Shown here piece by piece: positions 1 to 8,329 of a stretch of DNA of 28,337 nt. The notes under the pieces are model-generated. The model saw only the letters and a program-made list of their open reading frames with translations. It searched no databases and had not been told where the DNA came from. The stretch is from Promethearchaeota archaeon. GTDB taxonomy: Archaea; Asgardarchaeota; Lokiarchaeia; Sigyniarchaeales; SOKP01. The stretch spans positions 1 through 28,337 of the forward strand of contig JBHLPW010000061.1 in NCBI GenBank assembly GCA_048939015.1. Reading direction: 5' to 3'. Both the position numbers and the translations under genes were made by a program. Positions within the stretch are counted from its first letter, which is position 1, and each line of letters starts with the position of its first letter.

Positions 1-1
1 A

Positions 2-1387
2 ATTAATAAAGCACTTGATTTTTTCCATCAAGCTTATGATATTGCTAATACGATGGTTTCTTCAGAAAAAAAGGAAGAAAAAGTCAATGAGATCAAGAAT
101 CTAATTAATAACGCTTGTACATCTGGTATAAATGTAATTAAAAACAATTCTATACAATTTATTGTTCAAAAGAAATACGAAGAAGCAGTAAGTGATTTAT
201 ATATTGCTTTAAGTCTAGCTAAAAGAATGGCATATCCTGAAGAAGAAAACCCAGAATTAGAAAATCTCAAAAATCTGGTCAATAAAGTTTATTCTGCTGA
301 AGTCACAGAGGTTGTAAATAAAGGAAACAATTTAGTAGATCAAAAAGATTATGAAAAAGCAATAAAGACTTACAATGATGCATTAATAATGACTAATAAG
401 ATGTATTTGACAGATGAGATGGAAAAAGAAGTCGCGCTAATAAAAAGTCTAATTTACGAGACAGAAGTAAAGTTATTAGTTGGAAAAGGTGAGCTGACAG
501 AAGAACAAAAACTAAAAGAAAAGGAAATTGAGAAACTACAAAAGCGTTTAGACTATGCCCAATCTATAGATGATCCTGACAGAAGAGCAACTGAAATGAG
601 TAAGATAAAAAAATTAATTGATGATGTTCATTCGGAAGAAATCAAGTTATTAATTGAACAAGGAAACCAATTCGCTGATTTAAAGAAATATGATGATGCC
701 TTTAATTTTTATGAGAAGGCTTTAAAAGTTAATGAATTGATGGAAACCCCTGATGTTAAAAACAAGGATTTAATTAAAAGCTCCTATAAAAAAGAACTAA
801 TTAATAAAGCAAAATTAGAAATTGACAATAAGAACTACGATATCGCTATTGAAAATTGTAATAGAGCCTTGGATCTTGATGAAATATTCGTCGACGCATA
901 TTATCATATTGGGCTTGCTTATCATAAAAAGAAAAAATATGATGTTGCAATAGAAAATTTCCAAAAAGCGGTTAATTATAATGAAAAACATAAATTCTCC
1001 TGGAATTCAATGGGGTTAGCGTATGAGGCAAAGGAAGACTATGATAATTCACTTGAAAAATTAAAAAAAGCAGTGGAAATTGATTCTAATTTTACTGAAG
1101 GTTGGTATAACTTAGGGAATGTATATAAACTACGAAATGAGTTTGATAATGCTATTTCGAATTATACTAAAGCGACTGAAACAAATCCAGAGTTCGCAAA
1201 AGCATGGTTTTTTATGGGATCTGCTTACTTTGATAAAAAAGATTATAATAATGCAATACAATATTTAGAAAAATCTTTTAAAATTGATCCAAATCTAGCT
1301 CAGGACATTAATCCTCTTATAAAGGAACTAAAAGCTAATCTGGATAAACTTAAAGAAAGCCTTAGTATGTCATTTATCAATAGATAA
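2..1387 (+). CDS. TPR-repeat protein, 5'-truncated by the window edge
   Basis: The frame is open from base 2 (INKALDFFHQAYDIANT-M), so the gene starts upstream of the window. The C-terminal ~200 aa has canonical 34-aa TPRs (AYYHIGLAY, SWNSMGLAY, GWYNLGNVY, AWFFMGSAY). The N-terminal part has ~58-aa helical repeats. Confidence 0.9.
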   Translation: MNKALDFFHQAYDIANTMVSSEKKEEKVNEIKNLINNACTSGINVIKNNSIQFIVQKKYEEAVSDLYIALSLAKRMAYPEEENPELENLKNLVNKVYSAEVTEVVNKGNNLVDQKDYEKAIKTYNDALIMTNKMYLTDEMEKEVALIKSLIYETEVKLLVGKGELTEEQKLKEKEIEKLQKRLDYAQSIDDPDRRATEMSKIKKLIDDVHSEEIKLLIEQGNQFADLKKYDDAFNFYEKALKVNELMETPDVKNKDLIKSSYKKELINKAKLEIDNKNYDIAIENCNRALDLDEIFVDAYYHIGLAYHKKKKYDVAIENFQKAVNYNEKHKFSWNSMGLAYEAKEDYDNSLEKLKKAVEIDSNFTEGWYNLGNVYKLRNEFDNAISNYTKATETNPEFAKAWFFMGSAYFDKKDYNNAIQYLEKSFKIDPNLAQDINPLIKELKANLDKLKESLSMSFINR

Positions 1388-1390
1388 TCA

Positions 1391-1397
1391 TTTTTTT
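1391..1397 (+). terminator. Oligo-T archaeal-type terminator after the TPR gene
   Basis: T7 tract 3 nt after the TAA, in a convergent intergenic region. Confidence 0.4.
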
Positions 1398-1484
1398 AAA
1401 AATATTTCATCTTATCGTTCCTATTTCATCTCATTATTAATGGAGATTACTAAAAATAAAGAATATAAAAAAAAATTTAAAATT

Positions 1485-3098
1485 TTATTCGATTTTCTTC
1501 AAATGTCTTAATCCCATAAAGAATAAGGGGAGGGATATCACAAGATGGATGGAAATATATATTATCGTTGGAGTTAATTCCCAAGTAAGGAGAACATTGA
1601 AGTTGTCCCCCAACCATATCATCAAGAAGATAAAACCCATGAATACTGCCATTTGAATACCAATTAGCTTAAATATATTTATTCCCATATGCTTTCCTTT
1701 CTCTTCAAATGCTGGGCTAAAACCTTGTATTCCAATTGCTTGAAACAGTACCAATATTCCATATGCTAAATAGGCGATGAAGAAAACTACCACAGAGAGT
1801 ACATCATACTCAAATAAGATTGTAAAGAAGGTGGTAACTACAAGAGCTAGTATCAAATTAATAATAAACATTGCAAAGATATAGGAATAGACTAATCCAT
1901 TAATATTCCTTGGACTTCGTTTATATACCCATAGTAAGTCTTTACTTCCTACAAAGATGAAACTCCCAAGCATTATACCATATAGCAAACCTCCCATAAA
2001 AACGACCATTAGTTTTGTAAATCCTCCATTTATAAACTCTTCTGGAGAATTCCTCATAGAAAATGAGAAGATCACACCATAAACGCAAGTAATACCGCCA
2101 AGATAAATTAGCTTCATGATATTTTCCTTCTTTCTAAAAAACTGCTTGAACTGGGTGATTATTAATCCCTCCCATTTTGCACCAATGATTCGCCTATTGA
2201 ATTTATAAAAGGCGTTCTCCTTCTCTATAACAGAACTAACTTTTTCAACACCACCCTCAAGTGTATAGAAACTATTTGCTTTTTTATAAGAGATATATAA
2301 GATCATTATAGGTACAAGAAGTACAAGAGCTAAACTCGTCCATATATTTAAGATATAGGTGCTTAATAATGTAGGATCGAATGTATAGAGTATAACGTTA
2401 GAGAACCATAAGGGTGGATACCACATAAGATAATTTTTGAATTCTGGATGATCTAAGATGAACTGAAATCCAAACTGTAAAGAATAGATAAGTGCCACCA
2501 TCCCAATTGAGAGGAGAATTAATAATGCTTTAGCTATATCTCGTGCTTTTTCACTCTTAGCAATCTTATGTTCTATCCAGCTCATTATTATCGTACCCAC
2601 TAAATTTGCTAGAAATACAAGGCCAAATACACATAGATAAATAACAATGGTTTGTATAAGATTCAAGTTAAAAATGGGATTTAACATATTTACAAAGACA
2701 GGTGTGAGTGCAAACACATAAGAGAACAGTATAGGTATTTTTCCTGAGAACTCTCCTAAAAAGATATCTCCAGCAGTAGTTGGCGATGCTAATAGTATTT
2801 CTTTATATCCAATCTCGGTTTGATGATAAATATTATTTAGAGGATAAATCATAATCGCAATAAAAAATATCATCATCATTTGCTCAATAATCATCGCAAT
2901 AGAGGGAATTAGTATTGGGGCCAAATCCTCCAACCCAACTAAAGTCGGCATAAATTGGTCAAAAATCAAGGGACAGAGAAAGATCGCCCAAATGATCAAG
3001 AAAGAGTATAAAATTAAGAAAAATGCTAACCGGTTTTTACGAAATTTTGAGGTTCTAACCCTCATTTCATTCTTAGCAATTTTCGTCCATAAAGCCAT
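1485..3098 (-). CDS. ABC exporter permease (duplicated multi-TM halves)
   Basis: About 12-14 hydrophobic segments in two halves, 'LLASPTTAGDIFLGEF' and 'KRSPRNI' loop motifs, and position 6 nt downstream of an ABC ATPase. Confidence 0.8.
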   Translation of the reverse strand: MALWTKIAKNEMRVRTSKFRKNRLAFFLILYSFLIIWAIFLCPLIFDQFMPTLVGLEDLAPILIPSIAMIIEQMMMIFFIAIMIYPLNNIYHQTEIGYKEILLASPTTAGDIFLGEFSGKIPILFSYVFALTPVFVNMLNPIFNLNLIQTIVIYLCVFGLVFLANLVGTIIMSWIEHKIAKSEKARDIAKALLILLSIGMVALIYSLQFGFQFILDHPEFKNYLMWYPPLWFSNVILYTFDPTLLSTYILNIWTSLALVLLVPIMILYISYKKANSFYTLEGGVEKVSSVIEKENAFYKFNRRIIGAKWEGLIITQFKQFFRKKENIMKLIYLGGITCVYGVIFSFSMRNSPEEFINGGFTKLMVVFMGGLLYGIMLGSFIFVGSKDLLWVYKRSPRNINGLVYSYIFAMFIINLILALVVTTFFTILFEYDVLSVVVFFIAYLAYGILVLFQAIGIQGFSPAFEEKGKHMGINIFKLIGIQMAVFMGFIFLMIWLGDNFNVLLTWELTPTIIYISIHLVISLPLFFMGLRHLKKIE

Positions 3099-3104
3099 GT
3101 TAGA

Positions 3105-3920
3105 TCACTTCCTTTTCTTTTTTTCTTTTTTTTTAGGAACTTCAGCATTTGGACCATTTTCACGCCAAGCTAATAAATCTTCCATACGTTTTGCGCCCAT
3201 TATTTTAAGATAAGCCTCTTCTAAGTCTCGCGCATTTTGAGTTTCAATAATTTCTTTCGGGCTCCCTTGTAATTTCAAAGTTCCTTTATCTATTATTCCA
3301 ATTATATCACATAATTCTTCAGCTGCATCAAGAAGATGAGTACAGATAAATATGGTTTTATCTGCTTTCTTCGCTAGATCTGAAATAAGATCCTTGACCA
3401 TTCTCGCTGCTGCAGGATCTAGATTAGACGTAGGTTCGTCCAAAAAAATAATCTTTGGGTCCTGAATTAAAGCTGCACAAAGACAGATCTTCTGTTTCAT
3501 ACCACGTGAATATCCCTCTAACAAATCGTTTTCTCGCCCCTCAAGATCAAATATATCAAGGAGCTCATCAATACGATTTGAAATCGTTGCTTTCGGTAAA
3601 TAGTACAACTCACCAATGAATTCTAAGAACTCTTTTGCTGTTAATTTTTGATATAATCCAGGTGATTCTGGTAGAAATCCACAAATCATCTTCACATCAG
3701 TCGTTTGGGTTAGAATATTATACCCTCCTACTAATGCAGTACCACTTGTAGGAGATATAATTCCATTTAACATCCTGACTGTTGTAGTCTTACCCGCTCC
3801 ATTTGGTCCTAATAGACCATAAGTAGTACCATATTTTATCTCGATGTTTAAATTTTGTACAGCTACAATATTTCCAAAAATCTTGGTAAGATCTTTGGTT
3901 ACAATTGCTAATTTTTCCAT
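3105..3920 (-). CDS. ABC transporter ATP-binding protein
   Basis: Walker A GPNGAGKTT, signature YSRGMKQ, Walker B IIFLDEPT, H-loop CTH. Confidence 0.96.
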   Translation of the reverse strand: MEKLAIVTKDLTKIFGNIVAVQNLNIEIKYGTTYGLLGPNGAGKTTTVRMLNGIISPTSGTALVGGYNILTQTTDVKMICGFLPESPGLYQKLTAKEFLEFIGELYYLPKATISNRIDELLDIFDLEGRENDLLEGYSRGMKQKICLCAALIQDPKIIFLDEPTSNLDPAAARMVKDLISDLAKKADKTIFICTHLLDAAEELCDIIGIIDKGTLKLQGSPKEIIETQNARDLEEAYLKIMGAKRMEDLLAWRENGPNAEVPKKKEKKKRK

Positions 3921-3972
3921 TTTTGTTTCTTTTCCAACTTTTTTTATTTTTATTTATTTTATTTTATTGTTT

Positions 3973-4392
3973 TTAATTTTCTGCTTCTTTTTCGAATAGG
4001 TCCTCAAAGTTAATTCCTAAACCGTTTGATATTTTAATTAACAAATGCTCAGTAAAACTCGAAGTTAGTTCGTCATCATCAATTTCACTTAAAGAAGCTA
4101 ATTTTTCGAGGTTGATATTAGCAGCTTCAGCAAGTTCCTTTAATTCTGCTAATGATTTACCCTCTAATATTTCCTTTATTATTGGTTCTTGATAAAAAAT
4201 ATTATCTAATGTAGTTTGAAAAATTTCAGTTAGTTTAAACGATAATGTTAAAGAAGGGTTATAATCCCCTTTCTCTAAATAATAGATCGTTTGACGAGAA
4301 ACCCCTACTTCATCAGCTAATTGTTGCTGTGTTAAGCCAAGTTTATCCCGTAAATCTTTAACCTTGGACCTAATTGTTTTCTTAAATTTCAG
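3973..4392 (-). CDS. XRE/Cro-CI HTH transcriptional regulator with a second degenerate HTH-like domain (139 aa, apparent CTG start; absent from ORF track)
   Basis: Manual translation: (M)KFKKTIRSKVKDLRDKLGLTQQQLADEVGVSRQTIYYLEKGDYNPSLTLSFKLTEIFQTTLDNIF...KSLAELKELAEAANINLEKLASL...LLIKISNGLGINFEDLFEKEAEN*. GGTGAG RBS lies 6 nt before the CTG. There is an in-frame TAA at 4416-4414 and no in-frame ATG/GTG/TTG before the HTH. Confidence 0.9.
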   Translation of the reverse strand: MKFKKTIRSKVKDLRDKLGLTQQQLADEVGVSRQTIYYLEKGDYNPSLTLSFKLTEIFQTTLDNIFYQEPIIKEILEGKSLAELKELAEAANINLEKLASLSEIDDDELTSSFTEHLLIKISNGLGINFEDLFEKEAEN

Positions 4393-4450
4393 GTATTTCT
4401 CACCATAGTAATTTTAAAAATTAAAATAATTTTAGAAAAAATAATGATTA

Positions 4451-5272
4451 TTAGACCATTTTAAACAAATCTTCTATTTTACACTGTAATACTTCCGCAA
4501 TTCTATATGCTAATGCTAAACTTGGATTATATTTTCCCTCTTCTAGGTATTTTATTGTTTGGAGTGGAACACCAACTTTTTCCGCTAGATTAGCAGCACT
4601 TATTTGAACATTTTCTCTCATTTCTTTTATTCGAGTTTGTAAATATTCCCCTTCTCGCATTTTCGAAAGAATATAGCTAATAAAATTATCAAAAGCCAAT
4701 TCTTCTGGTTTGAAGATTTTATCCTCTAAACCACTTGGAATTGCTGAGTACTTGATTAATCTTTCTTTTATTTTTTCTTCAATAATATTAGGATCGACTA
4801 ATCCGGGAATATATCCTTCTGGACGAGAAACACCTGACTTTGCACTTGCTGCAGCGGCACTTGATCCTGCTGTTTCAATTTTGACTGTGAATAAATTATA
4901 CATCCTATCAAAAACTCCATTTGTAATGTTGATATTTTGAATTCTACTATACGGAATAGTGGCTCGAATTCTGTTAAAAACTCCATGTCGGATAATAATA
5001 TCGTTTTCTAATATTTCAAAAGAAAACATCTTGACATATAGATAGTAATACCAGAATGCAATAATTAAAACAACTACAAAGGGGACCAAAACTGAATAAA
5101 TTATTATCCATAAAAACCATTCATATAAGAATGTTGGTTCAAAGAAGTACACTAGCCAAAATGTGAGGATCATCCAAGAGGCATAAAACAAGATATACCC
5201 AAGGATAGTTTTAAAAATCTGTTTGTTTGCATATTTACGAGAAATTGTGTATGATTGGTCACTTTTACTCAT
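4451..5272 (-). CDS. Membrane protein: 2 TM + bacterial PH (bPH_2/YdbS-like) domain fused to a C-terminal XRE HTH
   Basis: Two N-terminal TM helices. bPH_2-like motif '[45 protein letters not shown]'. C-terminal HTH 'RIKEMRE...[37 protein letters not shown]'. GGAGGA RBS upstream. Confidence 0.85.
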   Translation of the reverse strand: MSKSDQSYTISRKYANKQIFKTILGYILFYASWMILTFWLVYFFEPTFLYEWFLWIIIYSVLVPFVVVLIIAFWYYYLYVKMFSFEILENDIIIRHGVFNRIRATIPYSRIQNINITNGVFDRMYNLFTVKIETAGSSAAAASAKSGVSRPEGYIPGLVDPNIIEEKIKERLIKYSAIPSGLEDKIFKPEELAFDNFISYILSKMREGEYLQTRIKEMRENVQISAANLAEKVGVPLQTIKYLEEGKYNPSLALAYRIAEVLQCKIEDLFKMV

Positions 5273-5468
5273 GTTATTTATCCTCCAATTTTTTATTTTT
5301 TTTTATTTATGTAAACTTTATTTATACTAGGAATTTGATATTATGATTCCTAAAAATTTATTTTTTAAAAAAATGTTTCTTATGTAATATAAATTTACCT
5401 ATCTATATAAATGTTTCTATCCGAATATCAAGAAGCAATATAAAGGCCCTCTAATCATGTTATAACCA

Positions 5469-5488
5469 ATGTTAAGCAGACTTTACAT
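5469..5488. promoter_or_regulatory. Imperfect palindrome ATGTTAAG-CAGA-CTTTACAT, candidate operator
   Basis: 8-bp arms with one mismatch, upstream of the bPH-XRE/XRE/ABC gene string. Related sites lie at 5382-5400 and 5309-5327. Confidence 0.4.
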
Positions 5489-5550
5489 ATATTATATATA
5501 TAAATTATTAATAAAAATTAGAAAAAGTAAAAAGAAAATATCTAATAATC

Positions 5551-6696
5551 TTATTTTTTCATTCGTGCTTGCTTTCTGAGCTCTCTTTGCTTACGTTTGG
5601 TTCTCGCTTTTAAATTCTCATCATAATAGTCAGCCATAGTTAGAGAAGGTGTGAACTGCGTTTCTTTCTTCAAAAGTTCTATAGCTTCACTTGGACAAGC
5701 ATTTACACAATTGCCACAACCAATACAATATTCTTTATCTATACTAGACACATCATCCTCAAGCGTAATAGCTTCCATATGACAGCGATCAACGCATGTT
5801 CCACAGCCGGTACACAAATCAGGATCTATGTTGGCATAATAATTTGTTGATGCAATTCCTGCCGGATTAGGAATCGATTTTAAGCTTTGTAACGACTCAC
5901 AACAACATCCACAGCAGCTGCATATAAAGTCTGCTTTTTGTGAATTGCTTGATTCGAAAACTAAGCCTTCCTCCTCATTCTTCTTTAATATTTCAAAAGC
6001 TTCTTCTTTACTTATTTGGCGAGCCCAACCTAAATCAATGTACATTTGTGCACTAGGCCCAAATCCCATACACGTTTCCAATCTTGAAGTAGCTTTGCAT
6101 GATTCTCCTAATGCTTGCATAGCTTGTCGACAAACACAATTCTGTACTCCAATTGGTTCTTCAGCATTTTCAAGTAGCTTTTTAATATTATCAAAACTAG
6201 CCACCTCAACATCATGTTCTACTGTAACGCCGACTGGAACCGTGCGTAATTGAATTGGAGGTGATCTAGCCATATCTAATGCAAGAACATCCCGCATATA
6301 TTCCTTAGTATCTTCAGCAAACTCTTTAGTCATTTTATTTACTTGATACTCAAACATGCCTATGATGAAAACCGCAGCAGAATAAGTCTTTTGATCACCT
6401 TTTTTTAAGGATTTAATAGCCCCCTTTCTCGCAAGACTATCGAGGTGCTTCTTTAATTCATCTTTTGAAATTGTAAGTCCTTCTGAATTCAGACGTTCAT
6501 ACATATTATCTAAGGGTTCAAAATCATCAAATGAATGTGCAAAATTCAAGTGTAAAGCTAATTTTGCTTCGTCAGGGGTAAAGAGTTGTTTCAAAAGACG
6601 AATTTCTACCCCCGATTCTGTTGGAGGGTAGCCTACAGGGAAAGTGTCAAAATGTTGCTGTAATTCTCTATAAATATCTATATCTGGATTTGACAT
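5551..6696 (-). CDS. 4Fe-4S dicluster (ferredoxin-domain) protein with N-terminal HTH-like region and Cys-rich CSCCGCCC motif
   Basis: C-terminal CTGCGTCVDRC and CIGCGNCVNACP motifs, plus CVCR, ETCM and ICSCCGCCC motifs typical of this family in anaerobes. Confidence 0.88.
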   Translation of the reverse strand: MSNPDIDIYRELQQHFDTFPVGYPPTESGVEIRLLKQLFTPDEAKLALHLNFAHSFDDFEPLDNMYERLNSEGLTISKDELKKHLDSLARKGAIKSLKKGDQKTYSAAVFIIGMFEYQVNKMTKEFAEDTKEYMRDVLALDMARSPPIQLRTVPVGVTVEHDVEVASFDNIKKLLENAEEPIGVQNCVCRQAMQALGESCKATSRLETCMGFGPSAQMYIDLGWARQISKEEAFEILKKNEEEGLVFESSNSQKADFICSCCGCCCESLQSLKSIPNPAGIASTNYYANIDPDLCTGCGTCVDRCHMEAITLEDDVSSIDKEYCIGCGNCVNACPSEAIELLKKETQFTPSLTMADYYDENLKARTKRKQRELRKQARMKK

Positions 6697-6770
6697 TTTT
6701 AATCATCTTCAAATTGTGTGATATTAAAATATATTGATTTTTGCAGTTAAATAATTTATATCTGAATTTT
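6659..6770. repeat. Direct repeat copy 1 (upstream region + first ~12 codons of the intact Fe-S gene)
   Basis: Aligns with 11403-11511 with 6 substitutions and one 3-bp indel. Confidence 0.93.
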
Positions 6771-6817
6771 GTCTAGAAATTATTCTTGAAACTGAAAAAT
6801 TGAATTCTATCTCAATT

Positions 6818-8329
6818 CTAACCTATAGCATGATAATGAAGCATAGAACGATGATAATACCTTGGTGGTATAATATATGCTAAAGGTCTTCTCCTTATGT
6901 AAGTTTCTAAATCCTTTTCGAAGAAAGAGTATATGCTGAGATGTATAGTAGGAATTATTAAATATCTCCATATATCAAGTTGCTCTTTTGAGATATTATT
7001 TTCTATCATTAATACTTTGGGATTTAAACACATTAGAATAGCATATTCTATCAATTCTGGAATAAATTTTGCACTTTGAGCTTTCAATATGTTTGATTGT
7101 GCCCTTAATAATACTCTCCATGTCTCTTCAGCATCCCAAGGGAATAATGAGGATATTGCTGAAAATAACTTAGCACCTTCGGGAATATCTTCAATTAACT
7201 TATGAAAATAATTATAAGAATCTAAATTGGCAGAAAATGATAGAATAAATAGGACAAACATCATCTCTTCATCAATTTCTTGCTTTAAATGTGAATAAAG
7301 AATTGTGTTTTTTCCAATCATCGGTAAATCTTTTTGAAAATCTATGAAAATTCCAAGATTATCATAATATTGTTGAATATGATTTCTATTTATTTCATTT
7401 TTTGAACCCCATACTGTAAATAATTTACCCAATAATGAGATAGCCGTTCTGGTCTTATGAGTGGATATATTAGCATTATTGAGGATTTTATGAAATAGCT
7501 CTTTATATTTATTTTCAGAATATTTAGATCTCAATTCACTTTCGATAACAGATGCTTCTTGTTTTTTCATTGGAATATTAGTATCTGGATGATTCATGAG
7601 ATAAAATGATATTTTCATCATCCTTTTTTGTGCTGCATTATAATCATATTCACTTAGGGTAATATTATTTAAAATCGGGATCAGATCTAGCATATCTGTA
7701 TTAAGAAGGAATAAGGCCCATACTGGAGAAAAAGTATTACTTACCATGATATTTCCAATGTTTTTAATAAGCGTATTGAAAATATCGTCTAATTTCTTTA
7801 ACACTTCGATTAATTCTATTAATTCACGAGAATAGAATCTGTTTCGAGACTTTATTTCATCAATCATTATTTCACCCAAAGGGGTAAGAACAACTTTAAT
7901 TCCATTAACTTTTATAGCTCTTTCATAAGTCTCAATTTCAATATTGAGTTTTAATAATTCTTCTTTCAGTTTTTTTAGATCGATTTCTTTATTTTTAACA
8001 AATTGATGTAAATCTGATATGTCCTTTTTTAATCTTGCACCTTTTCCAATTTTCAAATGGGTTAAAAATCGGTAGATTGTTGAAATATGATTATACTCTC
8101 CCTCTAATGATACTAAATTTTGATATCCTTGTCTTATATCGTTTGAGATCTTCATATATGATCTTTTAATCCTTGTTAACTCATCCTCTCTTGAAGTTTT
8201 AATTATACTAAGTTTAAATTCTGAAATTAAATGATTTTCAATTAATTCAGATGTCTCTTCATAGGATGTTAATATATCTTTTTTATCTTTTATAAAACTC
8301 AATATCTCTAAAGCTCTTTCACATTTCAC
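6818..8329 (-). CDS. Hypothetical protein: N-terminal coiled-coil (possibly inserted in a winged helix) plus all-helical C-terminal domain
   Basis: 503-aa ORF whose GTG start overlaps the upstream TGA (GTGA). Heptads at aa ~50-135 are followed by wing-like 'VVLTPLG'. The tail is basic/aromatic/His-rich (RRRPLAYIIPPRYYHRSMLHYHAIG). Confidence 0.8.
   Translation of the reverse strand: MKCERALEILSFIKDKKDILTSYEETSELIENHLISEFKLSIIKTSREDELTRIKRSYMKISNDIRQGYQNLVSLEGEYNHISTIYRFLTHLKIGKGARLKKDISDLHQFVKNKEIDLKKLKEELLKLNIEIETYERAIKVNGIKVVLTPLGEIMIDEIKSRNRFYSRELIELIEVLKKLDDIFNTLIKNIGNIMVSNTFSPVWALFLLNTDMLDLIPILNNITLSEYDYNAAQKRMMKISFYLMNHPDTNIPMKKQEASVIESELRSKYSENKYKELFHKILNNANISTHKTRTAISLLGKLFTVWGSKNEINRNHIQQYYDNLGIFIDFQKDLPMIGKNTILYSHLKQEIDEEMMFVLFILSFSANLDSYNYFHKLIEDIPEGAKLFSAISSLFPWDAEETWRVLLRAQSNILKAQSAKFIPELIEYAILMCLNPKVLMIENNISKEQLDIWRYLIIPTIHLSIYSFFEKDLETYIRRRPLAYIIPPRYYHRSMLHYHAIG

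Noticed and set aside
2992-3213. 73-aa plus-strand ORF
   Set aside because: Antisense shadow spanning two well-supported ABC genes, with no motif.
4710-4986. 76-aa (+) and 62-aa (-) ORFs inside the bPH-XRE gene
   Set aside because: Antisense or alternative-frame shadows with no RBS or recognisable features.
5945-6253. 102-aa plus-strand ORF with Cys residues
   Set aside because: Antisense to the Fe-S gene; its composition mirrors the sense codons.
8326-8328. TGA ending the SelO-like gene as a possible selenocysteine codon (eukaryotic SelO has a C-terminal Sec)
   Set aside because: The context is EKVDQV-TGA with no Cys/redox motif, read-through stops 5 codons later, and the TGA is explained by GTGA coupling. 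No SECIS-like hairpin was recognised. The TGAs at 9525, 16501 and 26114 are likewise stop/start overlaps.
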